From positions 40,548,001 to 40,612,000 of the forward strand of contig OZ024740.1 in the NCBI GenBank assembly GCA_964016885.1: DNA of 64,000 nucleotides, read 5' to 3'. The notes below the pieces were generated by a model. It saw nothing but the letters and a program-made list of their open reading frames with translations, was not told the DNA's origin and did not search any database. This DNA comes from Eledone cirrhosa. Its lineage: Eukaryota. A program made the translations under genes and the position numbers. Position 1 is the stretch's first letter. Every line of letters starts with the position of its first letter. Positions 1-10,800 of this stretch are shown piece by piece.

Positions 1-80
1 TGTCTGAGTAAAATATTCAATTTACAGAAAATTAACCTCAGAAGTTAAGAATAAAAAATTAAAAGATTTTATTATCTTAC

Positions 81-114
81 TGATAGTTGTATTTTCCTTT
101 AATGTCGATCACAT
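81..114 (-). other. Exon-like cassette d (34 nt), canonical AG/GT; unit-1 copy, repeated in every unit
   Basis: Minus strand: tgtgtttctgtgtttcatttattggcag|ATGTGATCGACATTAAAGGAAAATACAACTATCA|gtaagat. The only open frame reads xVIDIKGKYNY(Q/H). Confidence 0.65.
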
Positions 115-248
115 CTGCCAATAAATGAAACACAGAAACACACACACAAACTCATTTTTAACACAAAGTTAAGCTAGGAAACACTTGTGAGAAATATATT
201 CAAATCTAAAGAATTATGGTTTTTATGTAGAAATTAGAATACACTTAC

Positions 249-274
249 ATTAATTTTTCCAACTAGTCCAATAC
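249..274 (-). other. Exon-like cassette a (26 nt), canonical AG/GT
   Basis: tttttttttgtctctacaactgattcatttaag|GTATTGGACTAGTTGGAAAAATTAAT|gtaagtgt. Perfect GTAAGT donor. Paralogous to 1300-1325. Confidence 0.6.
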
Positions 275-448
275 CTTAAATGAATCAGTTGTAGAGACAA
301 AAAAAAATATCCATAACCTTTACAGTTATGTATTGACAATATATTCTGTATTTACTAAACGATTACAAAACTATGGTTTAAATATTCCTTAAACTATCAA
401 TTTAACATTACAAAAGACCAACAGAAAATAGAAATGAAGATGTCTTAT

Positions 449-493
449 CTGATGGAAATATTCTACTTTGCCCTTTTCATGTCAGCATTATAT
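449..493 (-). other. Exon-like cassette b (45 nt), good acceptor, degenerate donor (AG|ataag)
   Basis: tgtgtaattttttatccttggcag|ATATAATGCTGACATGAAAAGGGCAAAGTAGAATATTTCCATCAG|ataagac. Stops in all three frames. Same length as its paralogue at 1493-1537. Confidence 0.45.
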
Positions 494-663
494 CTGCCAA
501 GGATAAAAAATTACACAAACACACACACATATGCAGTCAAAAAGGCTACATCAATTTTAATGCACAGAAAAGCAATTTCATGTTATATTAAAATTGTTTA
601 TCATTTTACATTCCATGTTCAAGTTATACTGACATTCACTAAAGTTGGAAAACAGTTTCATAC

Positions 664-730
664 CAGCACAATTTCAATCTTTCTGCCTTGAATCCACATC
701 ATTTCTCTAAACACTTTCCATTTTCAGTAC
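664..730 (-). other. Exon-like cassette c (67 nt; 78 nt if the acceptor at 742-744 is used), donor GTATGA
   Basis: tctatttgtttcacag aaaaggtttag|GTACTGAAAATGG...GATTGAAATTGTGCTG|gtatgaa. Stops in all three frames. Paralogous to 1670-1732. Confidence 0.5.
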
Positions 731-810
731 CTAAACCTTTTCTGTGAAACAAATAGAGCATGTTTTCCGAAACACTACAAACTAGTTGAAAGGAAAGAAA
801 TCTTTCTTAC

Positions 811-846
811 ACTACAATATTCAAATATATTATTTCAACAACAAAC
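811..846 (-). other. Exon-like cassette e (36 nt), GTAAGA donor, weak acceptor
   Basis: attatacatgtag|GTTTGTTGTTGAAATAATATATTTGAATATTGTAGT|gtaagaaag. One open symmetric frame, FVVEIIY(L/F)NIVV. An 80-nt intron-like gap separates it from cassette c. Confidence 0.4.
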
Positions 847-1102
847 CTACATGTATAATATAATACATATCAAGAGTCATTCTATACAGATAATATCTAT
901 ACTACAATGAGACACAAAATGTTTATGTTATAATTACAGAAGCATGTTATTTTAAGATGAAAATGTTTAATCTGAAATTAATTTACATCAATGAAAAATA
1001 GAAATTCACAATCACAGAATCAAAATTTATCATACATATTAATCATGCAAGAAATGTGAAGTAAAAAAAAAATTAATTCACAAAAACAAATATTTAGCTT
1101 AT

Positions 1103-1146
1103 CTTTGTTGGCTTTCATGTATTTTGTGTTATATTGTTGATCACAT
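1103..1146 (-). other. Exon-like cassette d' (44 nt), strong acceptor, degenerate donor (AG|ataag)
   Basis: (tg)n tctgtttctctctattttgtttcttgacag|ATGTGATCAACAATATAACACAAAATACATGAAAGCCAACAAAG|ataagct. Shares cagATGTGATC with cassette d. Confidence 0.5.
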
Positions 1147-1163
1147 CTGTCAAGAAACAAAAT

Positions 1164-1215
1164 AGAGAGAAACAGACACACACACACACACACACACATA
1201 CATATATATATATAT
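1164..1215. repeat. Compound microsatellite (AG)n-(AC)n-(AT)n, one per unit, length-variable
   Basis: agagaga aacag (ac)11 atac (at)n in unit 1. Length changes here explain most unit-length differences (2018, 2006, 2010, 2014). Confidence 0.95.
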
Positions 1216-1299
1216 TTTAAACATTCTTATAATGAATGTGAATTATATCTAAAATGTTAAGAATTATAACTTTCAAGTAGAAAACTGAAAAACACTTAC

Positions 1300-1325
1300 A
1301 GTAAACTTTCAAACTACTCCAATTC
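1300..1325 (-). other. Exon-like cassette a' (26 nt), canonical AG/GT
   Basis: aaattattctcatttaag|GAATTGGAGTAGTTTGAAAGTTTACT|gtaagtgt. The only open frame reads NWSSLKV(Y/S). Confidence 0.6.
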
Positions 1326-1492
1326 CTTAAATGAGAATAATTTAGGAGGAAAACAATCTTATAACCTACATACGTAGAAAAGAATTAGGAAATTTGTTTT
1401 TTTCACATATCGATCAAGGACATTATATAAAATATTTACTTTAACACACCAAAAGACCAATAGTTAATAGAGAGGAAGGAAAAACATCTTAG

Positions 1493-1537
1493 CTTAGTGA
1501 ACGGTTCTATCTGATCTCCTGTATGTCATCTTTACAT
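1493..1537 (-). other. Exon-like cassette b' (45 nt), degenerate donor (AG|ctaag)
   Basis: tttctatcattagcag|ATGTAAAGATGACATACAGGAGATCAGATAGAACCGTTCACTAAG|ctaagat. Stops in all three frames. Confidence 0.45.
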
Positions 1538-1669
1538 CTGCTAATGATAGAAACTTACATACATAGCCAGAAAATAATAATATACTTAGAAGTCAATAAT
1601 TTCACTGTTATATTGATATTATATATTATTTGGCATTCACACATACTAATAGAAAAGAATTGATCATAC

Positions 1670-1732
1670 CGCACAATTTCAATGCTTCTATCTTCAATCC
1701 ATTGGATCTTGAAAAACTGCCATTATTATTGC
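1670..1732 (-). other. Exon-like cassette c' (63 nt, symmetric phase 1-1, open frame), canonical AG/GT
   Basis: tgctttgttttacccaaaatatttag|GCAATAATAATGGCAGTTTTTCAAGATCCAATGGATTGAAGATAGAAGCATTGAAATTGTGCG|gtatgat. Reads (G)NNNGSFSRSNGLKIEALKLC. Confidence 0.6.
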
Positions 1733-1815
1733 CTAAATATTTTGGGTAAAACAAAGCATGTTTTCCTAAGCACTGCATCTTATATATCAACTGATAAGTA
1801 AAACTTGCTACTTAC

Positions 1816-1843
1816 AGAGTAATATTCACCTTAGTTTTGTATG
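1816..1843 (-). other. Exon-like cassette e' (28 nt), canonical AG/GT
   Basis: tttggcttgttttgtaaacactttaattccag|CATACAAAACTAAGGTGAATATTACTCT|gtaagtag. An 83-nt intron-like gap separates it from cassette c'. Confidence 0.55.
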
Positions 1844-4800
1844 CTGGAATTAAAGTGTTTACAAAACAAGCCAAAATTGATGATGTGCAACACATGACAA
1901 CTACTAATTTGTCTTGTTAATTATATATATTACCATACCAACATTCTCATTACAGTGATATTATCAAAATCTTGAAACATAAGAAAATGCTATATACTAA
2001 ATTGAAATTTCATTTCATTGTCTGAGTAAAATATTCAATTTACAGAAAATTAACCTCAGAAGTTAAGAATAAAAAATTAAAAGATTTTATTATCTTACTG
2101 ATAGTTGTATTTTCCTTTAATGTTGATCACATCTGCCAATAAATGAAACACAGAAACACACACACAAACTCATTTTTAACACAAAGTTAAGCTAGGAAAC
2201 ACTTGTGAGAAATATATTCAAATCTAAAGAATTATGGTTTTTATGTAGAAATTAGAATACACTTACATTAATTTTTCCAACTAGTCCAATACCTTAAATG
2301 AATCAGTTGTAGAGACAAAAAAAAATATCCATAACCTTTACAGTTATGTATTGACAATATATTCTGTATTTACTAAACGATTACAAAACTATGGTTTAAA
2401 TATTCCTTAAACTATCAATTTAACATTTCAAAAGACCAACAGAAAATAGAAATGAAGATGTCTTATCTGATGGAAATATTCTACTTTGCCCTTTTCATGT
2501 CAGCATTATATCTGCCAAGGATAAAAAATTACACAAACACACACACATATGCAGTCAAAAAGGCTACATCAATTTTAATGCACAGAAAAGCAATTTCATG
2601 TAATATCAAAATTGTTTATCATTTTACATTCCATGTTCAAGTTATACTGACATTCACTAAAGTTGGAAAACAGTTTCATACCAGCACAATTTCAATCTTT
2701 CTGCCTTGAATTCACATCATTTCTCTAAACACTTTCCATTTTCAGTACCTAAACCTTTTCTGTGAAACAAATAGAGCAGGTTTTCCGAAACACTACAAAC
2801 TAGTTGAAAGGAAAGAATTCTTTCTTACACTACAATATTAAAATATATTATTTCAACAACAAACCTACATGTATAATATAATACATATCAAGAGTCATTC
2901 TATACAGATAATATCTATACTACAATGAGACACAAAATGTTTATGTTATAATTACAGAAGCATGTTATTTTAAGAAGAAAATGTTTAATCTGAAATTAAT
3001 TTACATCAATGAAAAATAGAAATTCACAATCACAGAATCAAAATTTATCATACATATTAATCATGCAAGAAATGTGAAGTAAAAAAAAAATTAATTCACA
3101 AAAACAAATATTTAGCTTATCTTTGTTGGCTTTCATGTATTTTGTGTTATATTGTTGATCACATCTGTCAAGAAACAAAATAGAGAGAAACAGACACACA
3201 CACACACACACACATACATATATATATTTTAAACATTCTTATAATGAATGTGAATTATATCTAAAATGTTAAGAATTATAACTTTCAAGTAGAAAACTGA
3301 AAAACACTTACAGGAAACTTTCAAACTACTCCAATTCCTTAAATGAGAATAATTTAGGAGAAAAACAATCTTATAACCTACATACGTAGAAAAGAATTAG
3401 GAAATTTGTTTTTTTCACATATCGATCAAGGACATTATATAAAATATTTACTTTAACACACCAAAAGACCAATAGTTAATAGAGAGGAAGGAAAAACATC
3501 TTAGCTTAGTGAACGGTTCTATCTGATCTCCTGTATGTCATCTTTACATCTGCTAATGATAGAAACTTACATACATAGCCAGAAAATAATAATATACTTA
3601 GAAGTCAATAATTTCACTGTTATATTGATATTATATATTATTTGGCATTCACACATACTAATAGAAAAGAATTGATCATACCGCACAATTTCAATGCTTC
3701 TATCTTCAATCCATTGGATCTTGAAAAACTGCCATTATTATTGCCTAAATATTTTGGGTAAAACAAAGCATGTTTTCCTAAGCACTGCATCTTATATATC
3801 AACTGATAAGTAAAACTTGCTACTTACAGAGTAATATTCACCTTAGTTTTGTATGCTGGAATTAAAGTGTTTACAAAACAAGCCAAAATTGATGATGTGC
3901 AACACATGACAACTACTAATTTGTCTTGTTAATTATATATATTACCATACCAACATTCTCATTACAGTGATATTATCAAAATCTTGAAACATAAGAAAAT
4001 GCTATATACTAAATTGAAATTTCATTTCATCGTCTGAGTAAAATATTCAATTTACAGAAAATTAACCTCAGAAGTTAAGAATAAAAAATTAAAAGATTTT
4101 ATTATCTTACTGATAGTTGTATTTTCCTTTAATGTCGATCACATCTGCCAATAAATGAAACACAGAAACACACACACAAACTCATTTTTAACACAAAGTT
4201 AAGCTAGGAAACACTTGTGAGAAATATATTCAAATCTAAAGAATTATGGTTTTTATGTAGAAATTAGAATACACTTACATTAATTTTTCCAACTAGTCCA
4301 ATACCTTAAATGAATCAGTTGTAGAGACAAAAAAAAATATCCATAACCTTTACAGTTATGTATTGACAATATATTCTGTATTTACTAAACGATTACAAAA
4401 CTATGGTTTAAATATTCCTTAAACTATCAATTTAACATTTCAAAAGACCAACAGAAAATAGAAATGAAGATGTCTTATCTGATGGAAATATTCTACTTTG
4501 CCCTTTTCATGTCAGCATTATATCTGCCAAGGATAAAAAATTACACAAACACACACACATATGCAGTCAAAAAGGCTACATCAATTTTAATGCACAGAAA
4601 AGCAATTTCATGTTATATCAAAATTGTTTATCATTTTACATTCCATGTTCAAGTTATACTGACATTCACTAAAGTTGGAAAACAGTTTCATACCAGCACA
4701 ATTTCAATCTTTCTGCCTTGAATTCACATCATTTCTCTAAACACTTTCCATTTTCAGTACCTAAACCTTTTCTGTGAAACAAATAGAGCAGGTTTTCCGA

Positions 4801-7800
4801 AACACTACAAACTAGTTGAAAGGAAAGAATTCTTTCTTACACTACAATATTAAAATATATTATTTCAACAACAAACCTACATGTATAATATAATACATAT
4901 CAAGAGTCATTCTATACAGATAATATCTATACTACAATGAGACACAAAATGTTTATGTTATAATTACAGAAGCATGTTATTTTAAGAAGAAACTGTTTAA
5001 TCTGAAATTAATTTACATCAATGAAAAATAGAAATTCACAATCACAGAATCAAAATTTATCATACATATTAATCATGCAAGAAATGTGAAGTAAAAAAAA
5101 AATTAATTCACAACATCTTTGTTGGCTTTCATGTATTTTGTGTTATATTGTTGATCACATCTGTCAAGAAACAAAATAGAGAGAAACACACACACACACA
5201 CACACATACATATATATATTTTAAACATTCTTATAATGAATGTGAATTATATCTAAAATGTTAAGAATTATAACTTTCAAGTAGAAAACTGAAAAACACT
5301 TACAGGAAACTTTCAAACTACTCCAATTCCTTAAATGAGAATAATTTAGGAGAAAAACAATCTTATAACCTACATACGTAGAAAAGAATTAGGAAATTTG
5401 TTTTTTTCACATATCTATCAAGGACATTATATAAAATATTTACTTTAACACACCAAAAGACCAATAGTTAATAGAGAGGAAGGAAAAACATCTTAGCTTA
5501 GTGAACGGTTCTATCTGATCTCCTGTATGTCATCTTTACATCTGCTAATGATAGAAACTTACATACATAGCCAGAAAATAATAATATACTTAGAAGTCAA
5601 TAATTTCACTGTTATATTGATATTATATATTATTTGGCATTCACACATACTAATAGAAAAGAATTGATCATACCGCACAATTTCAATGCTTCTATCTTCA
5701 ATCCATTGGATCTTGAAAAACTGCCATTATTATTGCCTAAATATTTTGGGTAAAACAAAGCATGTTTTCCTAAGCACTGCATCTTATATATCAACTGATA
5801 AGTAAAACTTGCTACTTACAGAGTAATATTCACCTTAGTTTTGTATGCTGGAATTAAAGTGTTTACAAAACAAGCCAAAATTGATGATGTGCAACACATG
5901 ACAACTACTAATTTGTCTTGTTAATTATATATATTACCATACCAACATTCTCATTACAGTGATATTATCAAAATCTTGAAACATAAGAAAATGCTATATA
6001 CTAAATTGAAATTTCATTTCATTGTCTGAGTAAAATATTCAATTTACAGAAAATTAACCTCAGAAGTTAAGAATAAAAAATTAAAAGATTTTATTATCTT
6101 ACTGATAGTTGTATTTTCCTTTAATGTCGATCACATCTGCCAATAAATGAAACACAGAAACACACACACAAACTCATTTTTAACACAAAGTTAAGCTAGG
6201 AAACACTTGTGAGAAATATATTCAAATCTAAAGAATTATGGTTTTTATGTAGAAATTAGAATACACTTACATTAATTTTTCCAACTAGTCCAATACCTTA
6301 AATGAATCAGTTGTAGAGACAAAAAAAAATATCCATAACCTTTACAGTTATGTATTGACAATATATTCTGTATTTACTAAACGATTACAAAACTATGGTT
6401 TAAATATTCCTTAAACTATCAATTTAACATTTCAAAAGACCAACAGAAAATAGAAATGAAGATGTCTTATCTGATGGAAATATTCTACTTTGCCCTTTTC
6501 ATGTCAGCATTATATCTGCCAAGGATAAAAAATTACACAAACACACACACATATGCAGTCAAAAAGGCTACATCAATTTTAATGCACAGAAAAGCAATTT
6601 CATGTTATATCAAAATTGTTTATCATTTTACATTCCATGTTCAAGTTATACTGACATTCACTAAAGTTGGAAAACAGTTTCATACCAGCACAATTTCAAT
6701 CTTTCTGCCTTGAATTCACATCATTTCTCTAAACACTTTCCATTTTCAGTACCTAAACCTTTTCTGTGAAACAAATAGAGCAGGTTTTCCGAAACACTAC
6801 AAACTAGTTGAAAGGAAAGAATTCTTTCTTACACTACAATATTAAAATATATTATTTCAACAACAAACCTACATGTATAATATAATACATATCAAGAGTC
6901 ATTCTATACAGATAATATCTATACTACAATGAGACACAAAATGTTTATGTTATAATTACAGAAGCATGTTATTTTAAGAAGAAAATGTTTAATCTGAAAT
7001 TAATTTACATCAATGAAAAATAGAAATTCACAATCACAGAATCAAAATTTATCATACATATTAATCATGCAAGAAATGTGAAGTAAAAAAAAAATTAATT
7101 CACAAAAACAAATATTTAGCTTATCTTTGTTGGCTTTCATGTATTTTGTGTTATATTGTTGATCACATCTGTCAAGAAACAAAATAGAGAGAAACAGACA
7201 CACACACACACATACATATATATATTTTAAACATTCTTATAATGAATGTGAATTATATCTAAAATGTTAAGAATTATAACTTTCAAGTAGAAAACTGAAA
7301 AACACTTACAGTAAACTTTCAAACTACTCCAATTCCTTAAATGAGAATAATTTAGGAGAAAAACAATCTTATAACCTACATACGTAGAAAAGAATTAGGA
7401 AATTTGTTTTTTTCACATATCGATCAAGGACATTATATAAAATATTTACTTTAACACACCAAAAGACCAATAGTTAATAGAGAGGAAGGAAAAACATCTT
7501 AGCTTAGTGAACGGTTCTATCTGATCTCCTGTATGTCATCTTTACATCTGCTAATGATAGAAACTTACATACATAGCCAGAAAATAATAATATACTTAGA
7601 AGTCAATAATTTCACTGTTATATTGATATTATATATTATTTGGCATTCACACATACTAATAGAAAAGAATTGATCATACCGCACAATTTCAATGCTTCTA
7701 TCTTCAATCCATTGGATCTTGAAAAACTGCCATTATTATTGCCTAAATATTTTGGGTAAAACAAAGCATGTTTTCCTAAGCACTGCATCTTATATATCAA

Positions 7801-10800
7801 CTGATAAGTAAAACTTGCTACTTACAGAGTAATATTCACCTTAGTTTTGTATGCTGGAATTAAAGTGTTTACAAAACAAGCCAAAATTGATGATGTGCAA
7901 CACATGACAACTACTAATTTGTCTTGTTAATTATATATATTACCATACCAACATTCTCATTACAGTGATATTATCAAAATCTTGAAACATAAGAAAATGC
8001 TATATACTAAATTGAAATTTCATTTCATTGTGTGAGTAAAATATTCAATTTACAGAAAATTAACCTCAGAAGTTAAGAATAAAAAATTAAAAGATTTTAT
8101 TATCTTACTGATAGTTGTATTTTCCTTTAATGTCGATCACATCTGCCAATAAATGAAACACAGAAACACACACACAAACTCATTTTTAACACAAAGTTAA
8201 GCTAGGAAACACTTGTGAGAAATATATTCAAATCTAAAGAATTATGGTTTTTATGTAGAAATTAGAATACACTTACATTAATTTTTCCAACTAGTCCAAT
8301 ACCTTAAATGAATCAGTTGTAGAGACAAAAAAAAATATCCATAACCTTTACAGTTATGTATTGACAATATATTCTGCATTTACTAAACGATTACAAAACT
8401 ATGGTTTAAATATTCCTTAAACTATCAATTTAACATTTCAAAAGACCAACAGAAAATAGAAATGAAGATGTCTTATCTGATGGAAATATTCTACTTTGCC
8501 CTTTTCATGTCAGCATTATATCTGCCAAGGATAAAAAATTACACAAACACACACACATATGCAGTCAAAAAAGGCTACATCAATTTTAATGCACAGAAAA
8601 GCAATTTCATGTTATATTAAAATTGTTTATCATTTTACATTCCATGTTCAAGTTATACTGACATTCACTAAAGTTGGAAAACAGTTTCATACCAGCACAA
8701 TTTCAATCTTTCTGCCTTGAATTCACATCATTTCTCTAAACACTTTCCATTTTCAGTACCTAAACCTTTTCTGTGAAACAAATAGAGCAGGTTTTCCGAA
8801 ACACTACAAACTAGTTGAAAGGAAAGAATTCTTTCTTACACTACAATATTAAAATATATTATTTCAACAACAAACCTACATGTATAATATAATACATATC
8901 AAGAGTCATTCTATACAGATAATATCTATACTACAATGAGACACAAAATGTTTATGTTATAATTACAGAAGCATGTTATTTTAAGAAGAAACTGTTTAAT
9001 CTGAAATTAATTTACATCAATGAAAAATAGAAATTCACAATCACAGAATCAAAATTTATCATACATATTAATCATGCAAGAAATGTGAAGTAAAAAAAAA
9101 ATTAATTCACAAAAACAAATATTTAGCTTATCTTTGTTGGCTTTCATGTATTTTGTGTTATATTGTTGATCACATCTGTCAAGAAACAAAATAGAGAGAA
9201 ACACACACACACACACACACATACATATATATATTTTAAACATTCTTATAATGAATGTGAATTATATCTAAAATGTTAAGAATTATAACTTTCAAGTAGA
9301 AAACTGAAAAACACTTACAGGAAACTTTCAAACTACTCCAATTCCTTAAATGAGAATAATTTAGGAGAAAAACAATCTTATAACCTACATACGTAGAAAA
9401 GAATTAGGAAATTTGTTTTTTTCACATATCTATCAAGGACATTATATAAAATATTTACTTTAACACACCAAAAGACCAATAGTTAATAGAGAGGAAGGAA
9501 AAACATCTTAGCTTAGTGAACGGTTCTATCTGATCTCCTGTATGTCATCTTTACATCTGCTAATGATAGAAACTTACATACATAGCCAGAAAATAATAAT
9601 ATACTTAGAAGTCAATAATTTCACTGTTATATTGATATTATATATTATTTGGCATTCACACATACTAATAGAAAAGAATTGATCATACCGCACAATTTCA
9701 ATGCTTCTATCTTCAATCCATTGGATCTTGAAAAACTGCCATTATTATTGCCTAAATATTTTGGGTAAAACAAAGCATGTTTTCCTAAGCACTGCATCTT
9801 ATATATCAACTGATAAGTAAAACTTGCTACTTACAGAGTAATATTCACCTTAGTTTTGTATGCTGGAATTAAAGTGTTTACAAAACAAGCCAAAATTGAT
9901 GATGTGCAACACATGACAACTACTAATTTGTCTTGTTAATTATATATATTACCATACCAACATTCTCATTACAGTGATATTATCAAAATCTTGAAACATA
10001 AGAAAATGCTATATACTAAATTGAAATTTCATTTCATTGTCTGAGTAAAATATTCAATTTACAGAAAATTAACCTCAGAAGTTAAGAATAAAAAATTAAA
10101 AGATTTTATTATCTTACTGATAGTTGTATTTTCCTTTAATGTCGATCACATCTGCCAATAAATGAAACACAGAAACACACACACAAACTCATTTTTAACA
10201 CAAAGTTAAGCTAGGAAACACTTGTGAGAAATATATTCAAATCTAAAGAATTATGGTTTTTATGTAGAAATTAGAATACACTTACATTAATTTTTCCAAC
10301 TAGTCCAATACCTTAAATGAATCAGTTGTAGAGACAAAAAAAAATATCCATAACCTTTACAGTTATGTATTGACAATATATTCTGTATTTACTAAACGAT
10401 TACAAAACTATGGTTTAAATATTCCTTAAACTATCAATTTAACATTTCAAAAGACCAACAGAAAATAGAAATGAAGATGTCTTATCTGATGGAAATATTC
10501 TACTTTGCCCTTTTCATGTCAGCATTATATCTGCCAAGGATAAAAAATTACACAAACACACACACATATGCAGTCAAAAAGGCTACATCAATTTTAATGC
10601 ACAGAAAAGCAATTTCATGTTATATCAAAATTGTTTATCATTTTACATTCCATGTTCAAGTTATACTGACATTCACTAAAGTTGGAAAACAGTTTCATAC
10701 CAGCACAATTTCAATCTTTCTGCCTTGAATTCACATCATTTCTCTAAACACTTTCCATTTTCAGTACCTAAACCTTTTCTGTGAAACAAATAGAGCAGGT

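Noticed and set aside
32-117. Minus-strand TTCTGAGGTTAA resembling the 3' end of SNORD113/114-type snoRNAs
   Set aside because: There is no proper RTGATGA box upstream (only GTGATCGA, inside cassette d) and no closing stem.
434-691. 85-aa plus-strand ORF (MKMSYLMEIF...) repeated in 31 units
   Set aside because: It has no recognisable domain, runs through an (AC)n tract (TNTHT) and lies antisense to the splice-signal architecture. It is frameshifted in unit 5 (extra A at ~8567-8572) and has no counterpart in the paralogous half. Its recurrence only reflects unit identity.
81-1146. Peptide resemblances: YNYQ (end of the DAZ repeat) and CDQQYNTKYMK (nebulin SDxxYK-like)
   Set aside because: The matches are only a few residues and the exon sizes and phases do not fit either gene, so no gene symbol is assigned.
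1554-1559. Extra donor-like GTAAGT on the minus strand just upstream of the b' acceptor
   Set aside because: It is only ~20 nt from the next AG, too short for an intron, and has no counterpart in the paralogous half.
1896-1913. Short hairpins/palindromes (gacaa-N8-ttgtc; ttaac-N7-gttaa at 32-48; tgaaatttca near 2003)
   Set aside because: Stems of about 5 bp are expected by chance in such AT-rich DNA, and I saw no pre-miRNA-length hairpin.
1876-2026. Possible box C/D snoRNA (TGATGA at ~1878, CTGA at ~2022) on the plus strand, as in SNORD115/116-type arrays
   Set aside because: The boxes are ~145 nt apart with no terminal stem and no clear C'/D' boxes. They lie on the strand opposite to the splice signals. 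An Infernal/snoscan run would settle it.
9049-9243. 64-aa minus-strand ORF (and the 66-aa version at 31172-31372)
   Set aside because: It is open only when the microsatellite length happens to be in frame (CVCVCV). It reads through intron-like sequence, cassette d' and a poly-T run.
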